DNA from: Acutalibacteraceae bacterium
GTDB lineage: Bacteria; Bacillota; Clostridia; Oscillospirales; Acutalibacteraceae
Length of the DNA stretch: 64,000 bases
Direction: 5' to 3'
Assembly (NCBI GenBank): GCA_045658585.1
Contig: JAZOVH010000078.1
Span: forward strand, 20,234-84,233
The notes beneath the pieces were generated by a model that was given only the letters and a program-made list of their open reading frames with translations, was not told where the DNA came from and ran no database searches. Of the stretch, positions 1 to 10,425 are shown one piece after another (the first letter of the stretch is position 1; the number at the start of each line of letters is the position of its first letter). The position numbers and the translations under genes are program-made.

Positions 1-3000
1 AGAATTTCATCAGCTTTATTTTTAAGCAATTCGAGCTGTTTAAGGCTTATAAGCGAACCGCTCATTTTGCCTTTTTTGAAATCAACGGGCACATACATTC
101 CGCTTGCTTCTCTGTCCATTGCAAGAACAACGTCGCAGTCGCTGAGCACAATGCCGTCGCTTCTGCAGCTTTTCTGAATTTTATCGTTCAGCTTTTCTCT
201 GTCCTCGCCTCTTTCGGCAGATATCTGCGGAGATTTTGCCGCATAATAAAGCACACCCGCAGGGGTAACCTCGCCGTATTTATCTTTTCCGTTCTGCCAG
301 AGAGTGAAAAGATAAATCAGCATCTGCATATTGAGTCCCTGAAGCACATCGCTTAATCGGAAGCTTTTGCCCGAGGATTTATAGTCAACAATTCTGATAT
401 ATTTTCTGCCGTTTATTTCGGCTGTATCAACACGGTCAACCGCACCCGAAATGCTTATTTTTCCGCTGTCAAAATCCAGCTCATAGGGCGGAATTTCACC
501 GTCCGAGCCGATTTTAAGCTCAAAATCAACGGGCACAAAAGAACTTGATGCAAGTTCTTTTATCAGCCTTTGCGCAACATCGCAAACGGAAAGAGCAAGT
601 TTATTATAAAGATACATAAATCTTTCGCTCTGGTTTTCTCCTCCGAGCTTTTCGATAAGATATTCATTCATTATGCGGGTTATATATTCAAGAATTTCTT
701 CTCTTGAAAGTGCAAGAAGCGCTTCGCCCCTGAAATCTTTGAGGAGCATTTCAAGAACGTGGTGAATTATATTACCTTTCTGCATAGGGTCAAGCTCTGC
801 AATTTTTCGTGGCATTGCCTTTATGCCGTAACGGCAGAAATACGAGAACGGGCATTTGTGGTAGCTTTCAACTCTTGAAGCGGAAATGAACATATTCTTT
901 CCGAAAAGAGCTTTTGCGGAATCTTTATCTTCAATTCTGAACGCTCTGTTTCCGCCTGCACGCTCAAGAGCGGCAAGCTTGCCCGCATATTCGGGCTTTT
1001 GCGAAAAATATTCAAAGAGCGAACGGCTGAATTCATTATCTCTGCCTTTTGTTTTTGCATATTGCTCAAACGCAACCGCTTCGCCCTCAACATAATATAA
1101 GCCTTCAAGCTGTGATGCATCGGTTTCTTTGCATCCGGGGAAAAGCTCTTTTATTTTGATATAAAGTTCCGAGGGTGCAAGCTGTTCGCCTTTGGCATTT
1201 CTTTCAGGGCAACAAACAAAAAGTTTTTCGGATGCACAGCAGAAAGCGTTATATGCAATAAGCTTTTCTTCCGCAAGCTTATATTCGCCGAAGCCAGAAA
1301 GCTCCAGACCCATTTCGCTCATTTTTCTGCGGTCATTATCCGTAAGTGCTGTTCCCGAAGAAGGTGCGGCAGGGAAAATTCCGCTGTTTGCACCCGCAAT
1401 AAACACAGCTTTGGGCGCAACCGTTCTTATTCTGTCTGCCGAGCCGATTGTTATTTCATCAAGACCCTGTGGCAGACTGCCGACGGTTTGCACCGAGAGC
1501 ATAAGTTCCAAAGCCTGCGAAAATTCGGTGGCGGTAATATTTCTGTTTCTGAACAGAGTTTCAAGGCTGTCCAGCATATCAATAACAACATTCCAGAGTC
1601 TTTCAAGTTCAAGCGCGATTCCGCTTTCGCCCGACTCTTCAAGCTTTCTTGCAAGAATTCTTATGCTTTCGGATGCATTGATGCTTTCAAGAAATTCAAA
1701 TACGGCTTGCGATGCAGTGAAGCCCGTTGCATCATCAAATTCTTTTCTCAACTTACAAAGAGGCATAACCGCTTTTTTACGCATTTCATTGAGCTTTACA
1801 AGCTCCGAGGTATCCTCTTCGCTCATTTCAACGCCAAATCCGCGGGGATTTTTTTCCCAATCAGAGAGCCATCCCCCGCCGTTTATCTGCCACATATAGC
1901 AATAATTTTCAAGTTCGGATATTTCCTCAACGGTCATTCCCGTTAAACCCGTTTTAAGATAACGCATAAGGGTTTCGGTATCAAATCCGTTTGCCGCAAT
2001 CTGAACGGCGCTGCTCACAAGTGCAACAACGGGAGAAGCATCAACGGGTTGACGGCTGTCGTCAAAAACACTTATTCCGCATTTTTTCAGTGCACTTCTC
2101 AACGGTGCTTCATAATCCGCGCTGTTTCTTGCTATAACCGCTATATCACGGCATCTGTAGCCGTTTTCGCGTATAAGTTTCTTTGCCGAGCAAGCTATGA
2201 ATTCGCACTCGGCATAAATATCCGCCGCCTTGCAGAGTGTTATGTTTTCGCACTCATCCTCATAAACATTGGGCGAGGGTGAAAAGAGTTCCTGCTCAAG
2301 AGCGGAAAGCTCGGGCGAAAAATATCTTGTGAACTGTGGCGGAAAATTATTGAATTTATTGCGCATCGAAAGATACTGCGGCTTTGCAATTGCAACGGCA
2401 TTTTTCTTTGCAATATCAATAAGCTTTTTCGCCGTTCTTTTTGTGTGGGCAAAAAGGTCGGTTTCGTCGTCGGAATTATTGAGATTATCGGTGCAGAGCG
2501 TAACATAAACAGCCGCCGCTTTGGATAAAATATGCTCAATAACCTTATATTCCTGACCCGTAAAGCCTCTGAAAGAATCTATAAAAACAATTCTGCCTTT
2601 AAAATAATCATTTTCGGGCAAAACATCGCAAAGCTCATTAAGCAGATTATCGGGGTTGAAATAACTGCCTTCAATCATTGCATCATATGAATCAAGAACA
2701 TTCACTATATCGGAAAGCTTCATTTTGAGCAAGCCTTCTTCCATTCCCGCCGCCGCAAGACGCACGGCATCGGTTGAAAGAGAATTCTGCTTGAATTCGC
2801 TTGAAAGTGCCGTGAATTCGGAAATTACGGAGCGTCTGCCCGTATGCTTTCTATAAAGCTTCAGCTTATCTTTAACCGCTTCAAGCGCCATTGACATCAG
2901 AGCCGCCTTTGCCGCATCGTCAAGTCTTCTGCGCTCGTGAAGCGCAGGCTTGCCTACCAGCTTTTCACCGAGTGCCGTAAAGCTTAAAACGTCAATATCA

Positions 3001-3170
3001 GCCATAGCTTCGGCTCCCATTCTGCCAAGCATTATTTTTTCGCTCATAAACGAAAACTGCTCGGGCACAATGAGAGTTATTTTTTTATCGGCTTTTGAAA
3101 ATTGCTCTGCAACATTCATTATGTGGGTGGTTTTACCTCCGCCCGTTCTTGATAAAATCAGATAAAGCAT
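1..3170 (-). CDS. addB: ATP-dependent helicase/nuclease subunit B (AddB/RexB), 3' end runs off the window
   Basis: Manual translation from ATG at 3170 gives MLYLILSRTGGGKTT...LIVPEQFSF. The C-terminal part has ISGAVDRVD...IVDYKS...QMLIYL (PD-(D/E)XK nuclease). It is absent from the ORF track, consistent with no stop inside the window. Confidence 0.9.
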   Translation of the reverse strand, partial: MLYLILSRTGGGKTTHIMNVAEQFSKADKKITLIVPEQFSFMSEKIMLGRMGAEAMADIDVLSFTALGEKLVGKPALHERRRLDDAAKAALMSMALEAVKDKLKLYRKHTGRRSVISEFTALSSEFKQNSLSTDAVRLAAAGMEEGLLKMKLSDIVNVLDSYDAMIEGSYFNPDNLLNELCDVLPENDYFKGRIVFIDSFRGFTGQEYKVIEHILSKAAAVYVTLCTDNLNNSDDETDLFAHTKRTAKKLIDIAKKNAVAIAKPQYLSMRNKFNNFPPQFTRYFSPELSALEQELFSPSPNVYEDECENITLCKAADIYAECEFIACSAKKLIRENGYRCRDIAVIARNSADYEAPLRSALKKCGISVFDDSRQPVDASPVVALVSSAVQIAANGFDTETLMRYLKTGLTGMTVEEISELENYCYMWQINGGGWLSDWEKNPRGFGVEMSEEDTSELVKLNEMRKKAVMPLCKLRKEFDDATGFTASQAVFEFLESINASESIRILARKLEESGESGIALELERLWNVVIDMLDSLETLFRNRNITATEFSQALELMLSVQTVGSLPQGLDEITIGSADRIRTVAPKAVFIAGANSGIFPAAPSSGTALTDNDRRKMSEMGLELSGFGEYKLAEEKLIAYNAFCCASEKLFVCCPERNAKGEQLAPSELYIKIKELFPGCKETDASQLEGLYYVEGEAVAFEQYAKTKGRDNEFSRSLFEYFSQKPEYAGKLAALERAGGNRAFRIEDKDSAKALFGKNMFISASRVESYHKCPFSYFCRYGIKAMPRKIAELDPMQKGNIIHHVLEMLLKDFRGEALLALSREEILEYITRIMNEYLIEKLGGENQSERFMYLYNKLALSVCDVAQRLIKELASSSFVPVDFELKIGSDGEIPPYELDFDSGKISISGAVDRVDTAEINGRKYIRIVDYKSSGKSFRLSDVLQGLNMQMLIYLFTLWQNGKDKYGEVTPAGVLYYAAKSPQISAERGEDREKLNDKIQKSCRSDGIVLSDCDVVLAMDREASGMYVPVDFKKGKMSGSLISLKQLELLKNKADEI

Positions 3171-3335
3171 ACCAAATCTCCGAAAACTTAAAGATGGGTT
3201 TATTATAACATATACAAGGATTTTTGTCAGTATTTTTTATAATAAAATGCGTTCAATTTCCGTTTGCTTGACATTAAATATGTTATATGCTAATATATAT
3301 CGTGAATTTTTATGATTGAAAGGAGCAAATCCATA

Positions 3336-4709
3336 ATGGATGACCCGGGCCCTGCGATTGAAATCGTGTTAAAACTTTTACTTTTATTTGTTCTTATCCT
3401 TGTTAATGCATTCTTTGCAATGAGCGAAATGGCAATTGTTTCTCTTAATGACACAAAGATGCAGAAGCTTGCCGAAGAGGGCAACAAAAAAGCAAAACAA
3501 ATTGTTAAACTCACAGAAAATTCCAGCAGATTTCTTTCGACAATTCAGATCGGCGTTACTCTTGCAGGCTTCCTCACTTCGGCATCAGCTTCGCAGAACT
3601 TTGCCGATATGCTCACAAATGCTTTGAGCAAAACCGCAATAGTAAACTTTATTCCGCTGAGCGTTATCGACGTTGCATCGGTTATTGTTATCACAATACT
3701 TACCTCATATTTCTCACTTGTTCTCGGCGAACTTGCACCCAAAAGAATTGCAATGCAGATTCCCGAAAAAGTTTCGTATAAAGTTGTCGGCTCACTCTTA
3801 TTTATCGCTTCCGTAACAAAGCCGTTTGTTAAATTCCTTGCACTTTCAACAAATGCCATTGTTCGTCTTTTAGGCTTTGACCCCAATGCAGACGAAGAGC
3901 ATGTTACTGAAGAGGAAATCAGAATGATGGTTGATGTAGGCGGCGAAAAGGGCGTTATTGAAGACACCCAGAAAGAAATGATAGACAACATCTTTGAGTT
4001 TGATGACCTTGACGCAGGCGATATAATGACCCACCGAACAGAGATGACTGCAATCGAAGTAAGCCGTTCACTCGAAGAGGTTGCCGAAATTGCGGTTGAA
4101 AACGGTTATTCAAGAATCCCCGTTTATAAAGACGACCCCGACAGCATTGTGGGCGTTCTTTATGCAAAGGATTTGCTTAAATTTGTTGGTCACAATATTC
4201 CCACCGACCTCACTATAGAAAAAGTTATGAGAAAGGCTCTCTATGTGCCCGAAACCCAGGCTTGCGGAGACCTTTTCAAAGCAATGAACGAAAGCCGCAC
4301 TCAGTTTGCAGTTGTTGTTGACGAATACGGCGGCACCGCAGGCATCGTTACTCTTGAAGATGTTCTTGAATCAATCGTTGGTAATATTCAGGATGAATAT
4401 GACGATGAAGAAGAGGAAATCAAGAAAATTGACGAAACAACTTTCACCGTTGACGGCACAACAGACCTTGACGAGGTTAACGAGCTTGTTGGAGTTGAAC
4501 TTCCCGAGGGCGATTATGATACCCTTGGCGGTTTCGTTACCAGCCTTCTCGGTTATCTCCCCTCCGAAAGACCTGAAGAATCCGCTGTTGCGGAATACAA
4601 AAATCTCCGTTTCACTGTTCTTTCGTTTGAAGAGAGAAGAATCGGCGAAATCCGAGTTGAAATTCTGCCCGTAGAAAGCAGCAACTCAGACGAAGAAGAT
4701 GAAGATTAA
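3336..4709 (+). CDS. Hemolysin-C/CorC (CNNM/DUF21-CBS-CorC) family membrane protein
   Basis: NAFFAMSEMAIVS, GELAPKRIA, paired CBS (YSRIPVY, VVDEYGGTAGIVTLED), C-terminal YDTLGG. RBS AAGGAG precedes ATG 3336. Confidence 0.9.
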   Translation: MDDPGPAIEIVLKLLLLFVLILVNAFFAMSEMAIVSLNDTKMQKLAEEGNKKAKQIVKLTENSSRFLSTIQIGVTLAGFLTSASASQNFADMLTNALSKTAIVNFIPLSVIDVASVIVITILTSYFSLVLGELAPKRIAMQIPEKVSYKVVGSLLFIASVTKPFVKFLALSTNAIVRLLGFDPNADEEHVTEEEIRMMVDVGGEKGVIEDTQKEMIDNIFEFDDLDAGDIMTHRTEMTAIEVSRSLEEVAEIAVENGYSRIPVYKDDPDSIVGVLYAKDLLKFVGHNIPTDLTIEKVMRKALYVPETQACGDLFKAMNESRTQFAVVVDEYGGTAGIVTLEDVLESIVGNIQDEYDDEEEEIKKIDETTFTVDGTTDLDEVNELVGVELPEGDYDTLGGFVTSLLGYLPSERPEESAVAEYKNLRFTVLSFEERRIGEIRVEILPVESSNSDEEDED

Positions 4710-4712
4710 TTT

Positions 4713-4740
4713 AACGGGCTGCTGATGCAGCCCGTTTTTT
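4713..4740 (+). terminator. Intrinsic terminator
   Basis: AACGGGCTGC-TGAT-GCAGCCCGTT followed by a T run. Confidence 0.75.
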
Positions 4741-4755
4741 AGAAGGGATAATCAT

Positions 4756-6162
4756 ATGAACAGAATTAACATTATTCCGCAGCCTAACAAAACAACATAT
4801 CTCGGCGGTGAAGTTTCCGTTGAAGAGCTTGAAACAACGGTTCAGATTTCAGATTCTCTCGCAGAAGAAGAATATATTCTTACCGTTGATAATGACGGCA
4901 TAAAGCTTATTGCGGGAAGTAAAAAAGGCGAATTTTACGGCAGACAAAGCATTGCACAGCTTGGCAAAATCTGCCCTTGCGTAACCATTGAAGATAAGCC
5001 CGCATATAAATACAGAGGCTTTATGCTTGATACCGTAAGACACATTATTTCTCTTGATGAAACAAAGAAAATGATAGATGCCGCCGCAAGCGTCAAAATG
5101 AATGTTATGCATTGGCATTTAACCGATGACCAGGGCTTCCGTATGTTTATTGAAAGCAGACCTGAAGCGGCAAAGCTCGGTTCGGTAAGAGACCATTCGG
5201 GTTTCGGCACATTAAAAGAAAGCGGCGAATATTCGGGGTATTTCACCAAATCCGAGCTTCGTGAAATTGTTGATTACTGCGCGGAAAGACATATAACGGT
5301 TATTCCCGAATTTGATATTCCGGGTCATTGCTCCGCGCTTCTTCACGCATACCCCGAAATTTCATGCAAGGGCACACCCGTTGCAGTTAAAACCCACCAG
5401 GGAATATTTGAAGATATTCTGTGTGCGGGCAAAGAAAAAACCTTTGAAATTGTGTTTGATATTCTTTCGGAAATGCTTGAAATTTTCCCCTCGGAATATA
5501 TTCATATCGGCGGTGACGAAGCCCCGAAAGCAAGATGGAAAGAATGTCCCGATTGCCAAAAGAAAATCAGAGAACTCGGTCTGAAAAATGAAGAGGCACT
5601 CCAGGGCTGGTTCACAAACCGCGTTATTGATTTCCTTGAAGAAAAAGGCAGAAAAGCCATTGTCTGGAATGAAAGCCTTAACGGCGGAAACCTCAAAGCT
5701 TCCGCAACCGTGCAGAAATGGATGGACAGAAAAAATCTTTCTTCCGATTACGCAAACGCAGGCGGCAAGGTTATAGTTTCCGAATTCTTCCATTACTACT
5801 GCGACTATCCCTACGGCATGACACCGCTTAATAAAACCTATAATTATAACCCCGTTCACAAAGGAGTTAAAAAGCCCGAAAACATTATCGGTGTTGAAGC
5901 AACAGTATGGACAGAATATATCAATAATTTTGATAAGCTCTGCTATATGTGTTTCCCCAGATTCACGGCAGTTGCCGAGACGGGCTGGACACTGCCCGAA
6001 AACAGAAACCATTCCGATTTCATCCGCCGTTTTATTGCATATACCGAAACGCTTGATAAATTCGGCATAAAACCCGCATCACCCGAAGAATGGAACCCCT
6101 CGCTGTTTGGCAGGCTTTCAAAATCGCTTTCATTTGCAAACAGCATAAGATACAGAGCATAA
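4756..6162 (+). CDS. Beta-N-acetylhexosaminidase, GH20 (no signal peptide seen)
   Basis: YRGFMLDTVRH, HWHLTDDQG, PEFDIPGH and the catalytic HIGGDE motif. Confidence 0.9.
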   Translation: MNRINIIPQPNKTTYLGGEVSVEELETTVQISDSLAEEEYILTVDNDGIKLIAGSKKGEFYGRQSIAQLGKICPCVTIEDKPAYKYRGFMLDTVRHIISLDETKKMIDAAASVKMNVMHWHLTDDQGFRMFIESRPEAAKLGSVRDHSGFGTLKESGEYSGYFTKSELREIVDYCAERHITVIPEFDIPGHCSALLHAYPEISCKGTPVAVKTHQGIFEDILCAGKEKTFEIVFDILSEMLEIFPSEYIHIGGDEAPKARWKECPDCQKKIRELGLKNEEALQGWFTNRVIDFLEEKGRKAIVWNESLNGGNLKASATVQKWMDRKNLSSDYANAGGKVIVSEFFHYYCDYPYGMTPLNKTYNYNPVHKGVKKPENIIGVEATVWTEYINNFDKLCYMCFPRFTAVAETGWTLPENRNHSDFIRRFIAYTETLDKFGIKPASPEEWNPSLFGRLSKSLSFANSIRYRA

Positions 6163-6166
6163 AAAT

Positions 6167-6192
6167 AAGAGGTACGGAATTCCGTACCTCTT
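6167..6192. terminator. Bidirectional terminator between convergent genes
   Basis: Perfect palindrome AAGAGGTACGGAATTCCGTACCTCTT flanked by A-rich and T-rich runs. Confidence 0.75.
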
Positions 6193-6198
6193 TGATTT

Positions 6199-6882
6199 TT
6201 ACTTTTTATTAACTCTTCCGATATAGCTGAAAGCTTCAAGCACCGCAACAACGGATACAAAGCCGCAAGCTAAGATAAGCGATAACTTAAGGTCAACAAC
6301 GCCGTTCTTCCAGATATCCCACATAATTTCGCATGCAATAAGATAAATTGCCGCTTCGCCCGAAAGGAGCGAGAAAATGTGAAGACCTGTTATTTTTTTG
6401 CTTCCGATAAGCGCCGAGTCAATCGCAACAAAGGCTGCCATAAGAATTGTGAGCGGCAGGAAGAAATTTGAAAGCCAGCCCATATGACCCGATTTATGCG
6501 CTATGTAGTAAAGATACAAAACAATCGAACCGAAGCAGATAAGGCTTGTTACAAGCGGAGGAGTTATGCGAAGAACGGGAAGAACCGCAATAACCCAGGT
6601 TACAAGAAGAGCACCTACAACATAACCGAACCAGTAATCGTAACGGTCAAATGCAACATCTATTGCAATGCATATTGTTGAAGGGAACACAAGCAGAGCG
6701 GTGAAAAGAGCCGCATAGCTTTTTGAACCTTTTCCGGGAGTTTTGAACAAGGGCTTTTTATTCTGTGATGCATCAGGCTGTGAAACGGGAACTGCCTCAA
6801 CCTGAGGAGCTTCGGCTGCCGCGCAATCGGGGCAAGCTGTTACGCCGTCGGGAAGCTGCTTTCCGCAATTTTGACAATACAT
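6199..6882 (-). CDS. Zinc-ribbon membrane protein (N-terminal CxxC...CxxC, about 6 TM helices)
   Basis: MYCQNCGKQLPDGVTACPDC followed by hydrophobic segments; GGAGG RBS. Confidence 0.75.
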   Translation of the reverse strand: MYCQNCGKQLPDGVTACPDCAAAEAPQVEAVPVSQPDASQNKKPLFKTPGKGSKSYAALFTALLVFPSTICIAIDVAFDRYDYWFGYVVGALLVTWVIAVLPVLRITPPLVTSLICFGSIVLYLYYIAHKSGHMGWLSNFFLPLTILMAAFVAIDSALIGSKKITGLHIFSLLSGEAAIYLIACEIMWDIWKNGVVDLKLSLILACGFVSVVAVLEAFSYIGRVNKK

Positions 6883-7025
6883 AGAAATACCTCCTTATTT
6901 TGCTAATTATCATTATACATTAATTTTTTTAAAAATCAATATAGTTTAAAAAATTGACAAATAATTAATAGTGTTGTAATATATATTGATATTAAAATTC
7001 TTATATAGAAAGGCTGTTGACATAT

Positions 7026-8270
7026 ATGGCAATATTCAGACCGTTCAAGGCAATAAGACCCGTTTCCGAATATGCTTCAAAGGTTGCCGCACTCCCCTAT
7101 GATGTTATGAACAGTGCAGAGGCGGCAGAAATGGTTAAAGGCAACCCTTATTCATTTCTTCATGTTGATAAAGCTGAAATCGATTTACCCGAAGGCACGG
7201 ATTTATATTCGGAGCAGGTTTATCTTAAAGCAAGAGAAAATATGAATAAGCTTGTTACCGACGGCATATGCAAGCAGGACGAAGAACCCAAATTTTATAT
7301 ATACCGCCAGATTATGAACGGCAGAAGCCAGACAGGTCTTGTTGGCTGCGTTTCAATTGATGATTATATCAACAACATCATCAAAAAACACGAGCTTACC
7401 AGAGCCGATAAAGAGGCAGACAGAATAAATCACGTTGATTACTGCGACGCCAACACAGGCCCTATCTTCCTCACCTACCGCCCCAACGGCGATATTGCCG
7501 CAGTTCTTGCGGATTGGAAAGAAAATCACGCTCCCGTTTATGATTTTGTTACCGATGACGGCATTGCAAATACTGTTTGGGTAATTGACTGCCCCGAACT
7601 TATCGCAAAGATTTCAGAGCTTTTTGCTGGCGTTGATTATCTTTATATTGCCGACGGCCATCACCGTGCGGCATCCGCGGTTAAGGTTGGTCTTAAGCGC
7701 CGCGAACAGTTCCCCGATTATAACGGAAGCGAAGAATTCAACTTCTTCCTTGCGGTTCTTTTTGACTGCGATGAGCTTGAAATAATGGATTATAACCGCG
7801 TTATGAAAGACCTTGCAGGCAACACTCCCGCAGAGTTTATTGAAAAAATCAGCGGAAAGTTTGATGTTGAAGAAATCGGAACAGACGCATATAAACCCGA
7901 AAAAGCTCACACATTCGGTATGCTGCTTGAGGGCAAATGGTATAAGCTTACCGCAAAAGACGGAACTTTTGATGCCGCAGACCCCGTTGCGGCTCTTGAT
8001 GTTTCAATTCTTCAGAACAATCTCATCTCCCCCATTCTCGGCATTGACGACCCCAGAACAGACAAAAGAATTGATTTTGTTGGCGGAATAAGAGGTCTCG
8101 GCGAGCTTGAACGCAGAGCAAACGATGATATGTGCCTTGCATTTTCAATGTATCCCACAACTCTTAAAGAGCTTATGGATATTGCCGATGCAGGCAAGCT
8201 TATGCCTCCCAAATCAACCTGGTTTGAGCCCAAGCTTTTAAGCGGTTTATTTATTCATAAATTAAAATAA
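7026..8270 (+). CDS. DUF1015 family protein
   Basis: PYDV, IKKHELT, YIADGHHR, LMPPKSTWFEPKL motifs typical of DUF1015. Confidence 0.88.
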   Translation: MAIFRPFKAIRPVSEYASKVAALPYDVMNSAEAAEMVKGNPYSFLHVDKAEIDLPEGTDLYSEQVYLKARENMNKLVTDGICKQDEEPKFYIYRQIMNGRSQTGLVGCVSIDDYINNIIKKHELTRADKEADRINHVDYCDANTGPIFLTYRPNGDIAAVLADWKENHAPVYDFVTDDGIANTVWVIDCPELIAKISELFAGVDYLYIADGHHRAASAVKVGLKRREQFPDYNGSEEFNFFLAVLFDCDELEIMDYNRVMKDLAGNTPAEFIEKISGKFDVEEIGTDAYKPEKAHTFGMLLEGKWYKLTAKDGTFDAADPVAALDVSILQNNLISPILGIDDPRTDKRIDFVGGIRGLGELERRANDDMCLAFSMYPTTLKELMDIADAGKLMPPKSTWFEPKLLSGLFIHKLK

Positions 8271-8304
8271 TATCGGTTAAACTATTCCCGAAAGGAATGG
8301 TTTA

Positions 8305-9306
8305 ATGAATAAAGTCTGTTTTTTTGATACAAAGCCGTATGACAGAATTTATTTTGATATGTTCAAAGAAAAATACGGCATAGAAATTGAATATTTTGAA
8401 TCAAAGCTGAGTGCAAGAACTGCAGTTATGGCAAAAGGATTTGACGGCGTTATTGCATTTGTTAATGACAGCATAACCGCAAAAACGATTGATATTCTGA
8501 AGCAAAACGGAATAAAAATAATAGCTATGCGCTGTGCGGGATACAACAATGTTGACCTTGCCGCGGCAAAAGGCGTTATGCCCGTTGTGAGAGTGCCCGA
8601 TTATTCGCCCTATGCAATCGCAGAGCACACAATAGCTTTGCTTCTGACTCTCGTAAGAAAAACGCACAAGGCTTATATACGCACCCGCGACCATAATTTC
8701 AGCCTCAACGGTTTTGTCGGTTTTGACCTTCACGGCAAAACAATGGGCATTATCGGCACGGGCAAAATCGGTCTTGCTCTTGCGGAGATATGCTTCGGTA
8801 TGGGAATGAAGGTTATCGCATATGACCCCAATCCGTCAAGCGAAAAAATCGAATATGTTCCTCTTGAAGATTTATTCAGGCAATCCGATATCATCTCGCT
8901 TCATTGCCCGCTCACGAGCAAAACCCGCTATATCATAAACCGCGAATCTCTTCTGCTTATGAAGAAAGGCGTTTATATAATAAACACATCCCGCGGTGCG
9001 TTGATTGACAGCGAAGCGCTGACGGATGCAATAAAAAGCGGTAAAATCGGCGGAGCAGGTCTTGATGTTTATGAAGAAGAAAGCGAATTCTTCTATGAAG
9101 ACCTTTCCGACAGCGTGCTGAAAGACGATATTCTTTCACGCCTTATTATGATGCCGAATGTTCTTGTAACATCGCATCAGGCTTTTCTCACTCACGAAGC
9201 ACTCCGAAAAATTGCTGAAACAACTCTGCAAAATCTTCAAAGCTGTTTCAACGGTGAGGAATTGAAAAACGAAATCATTTCCGATAAGAAAGTTTTATTA
9301 AGATAG
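8305..9306 (+). CDS. ldhA: D-2-hydroxyacid dehydrogenase, D-lactate dehydrogenase-like
   Basis: RCAGYNNVD, RVPDYSPYAIAEH, GTGKIG, LHCPLT, INTSRG, LDVYEEE, TSHQAFLT. Confidence 0.8.
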   Translation: MNKVCFFDTKPYDRIYFDMFKEKYGIEIEYFESKLSARTAVMAKGFDGVIAFVNDSITAKTIDILKQNGIKIIAMRCAGYNNVDLAAAKGVMPVVRVPDYSPYAIAEHTIALLLTLVRKTHKAYIRTRDHNFSLNGFVGFDLHGKTMGIIGTGKIGLALAEICFGMGMKVIAYDPNPSSEKIEYVPLEDLFRQSDIISLHCPLTSKTRYIINRESLLLMKKGVYIINTSRGALIDSEALTDAIKSGKIGGAGLDVYEEESEFFYEDLSDSVLKDDILSRLIMMPNVLVTSHQAFLTHEALRKIAETTLQNLQSCFNGEELKNEIISDKKVLLR

Positions 9307-9392
9307 CTTTTCGGGGGATGGCTGCGCTGTCCCCCGTACATATTGCACAAATGATTGAAATTATAAAGTTTTATTGTATAAAATATGCTGAT

Positions 9393-9452
9393 TATTTAAA
9401 TAATATTCATTTTCGGTTGACTTTATACGGTAATTTATGTATAATTATGCAC
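9393..9452 (+). promoter_or_regulatory. Sigma-A promoter of the arg operon overlapped by ArgR (ARG) boxes
   Basis: TTGACT(9417-9422)-17 bp-TATAAT(9440-9445). ARG-box-like ATGTATAATTATGCAC (9437-9452) covers the -10, and a second TTAAATAATATTCATT lies just upstream of the -35. Confidence 0.75.
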
Positions 9453-9477
9453 ACATTGTAAATTGAGGTATTGTTAT

Positions 9478-10422
9478 ATGAACAAGGCAAAAATTTTTAT
9501 AGACGGCAAAGAAGGCACAACGGGTCTGCGTATCTTTGAAAGACTTCGCGGCAGAGAGGATGTTGAAGTTTTTTCTCTTCCCGATGAATTGCGAAAAGAT
9601 ACCGCCGCAAGAAAAGAAGCCCTTAACAATTGCGATATTGCTTTTCTCTGCCTTCCCGATGCGGCATCAATCGAGGCAGTTTCTCTGATAGATAACCCTG
9701 ATGTTAAGGTTATCGATGCTTCAACCGCACACCGCACTCTGCCCGATTGGGCATACGGCTTCCCCGAGCTTTCGGCACAGCATCTTGAAAAAGTCAAGAA
9801 TTCCAAGCGTGTTGCCGTTCCCGGATGCCATGCAAGCGGATTTGTTGCTCTTGTTTATCCCCTTGTTGCAGCGGGAATCCTTCCTGCCGATGCCCTTATC
9901 ACCTGCCATTCAATAACGGGCTACAGCGGCGGCGGAAAGAAAATGATTGCCGAATACGAAAACGGATGCAGAACCCCGAATTTCGATTCACCCCGCCAGT
10001 ATGCTTTAACACAGCAGCATAAACATCTTAAAGAAATGAAGGCAATAACAGGTCTTGAAAAAGCACCGATATTCTGCCCCATCGTTTCTGATTATTACAG
10101 CGGTATGGCAGTAACCGTTCCTCTGTTTGCCGAAAATCTTGCAGAAGGCAAAACAATGAGCGATATCATTGAAGTGTATAAAAATACATATACAACCGAT
10201 TTTGTAAGCTACAAAGAAGATACGGGCAGCGATGCAATGCTTTGCGCCAATGCTCTTCGATGCAAAGACAATATGGAAATCTTTGTTCAGGGCAACGAAG
10301 AAAGAATTCTGCTTATTGCAAGATTCGATAATCTCGGCAAAGGTGCTTCGGGTGCCGCAGTGGAATGTATGAATATAATGTTAGGTCTTGACCCCAAAAC
10401 GGGCTTAAGTATAGGAGAATAA
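9478..10422 (+). CDS. argC: N-acetyl-gamma-glutamyl-phosphate reductase (type 2)
   Basis: IFIDGKEGTTGL, DASTAHR, VAVPGCHASG, TGYSGGGK, DNLGKGASGAA. Confidence 0.95.
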   Translation: MNKAKIFIDGKEGTTGLRIFERLRGREDVEVFSLPDELRKDTAARKEALNNCDIAFLCLPDAASIEAVSLIDNPDVKVIDASTAHRTLPDWAYGFPELSAQHLEKVKNSKRVAVPGCHASGFVALVYPLVAAGILPADALITCHSITGYSGGGKKMIAEYENGCRTPNFDSPRQYALTQQHKHLKEMKAITGLEKAPIFCPIVSDYYSGMAVTVPLFAENLAEGKTMSDIIEVYKNTYTTDFVSYKEDTGSDAMLCANALRCKDNMEIFVQGNEERILLIARFDNLGKGASGAAVECMNIMLGLDPKTGLSIGE

Positions 10423-10425
10423 AAA

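Noticed and set aside
821-3165. Several short ORFs on both strands in the ORF track
   Set aside because: They are shadows of the long minus-strand addB frame, which the track misses because it has no stop in the window
3336-4709. 'Hemolysin' as a virulence toxin
   Set aside because: The architecture is CNNM/CorC-type (Mg2+ homeostasis), a common housekeeping family
9312-9336. GC-rich hairpin after the ldhA-like gene
   Set aside because: No U tract follows, so it is not confidently an intrinsic terminator
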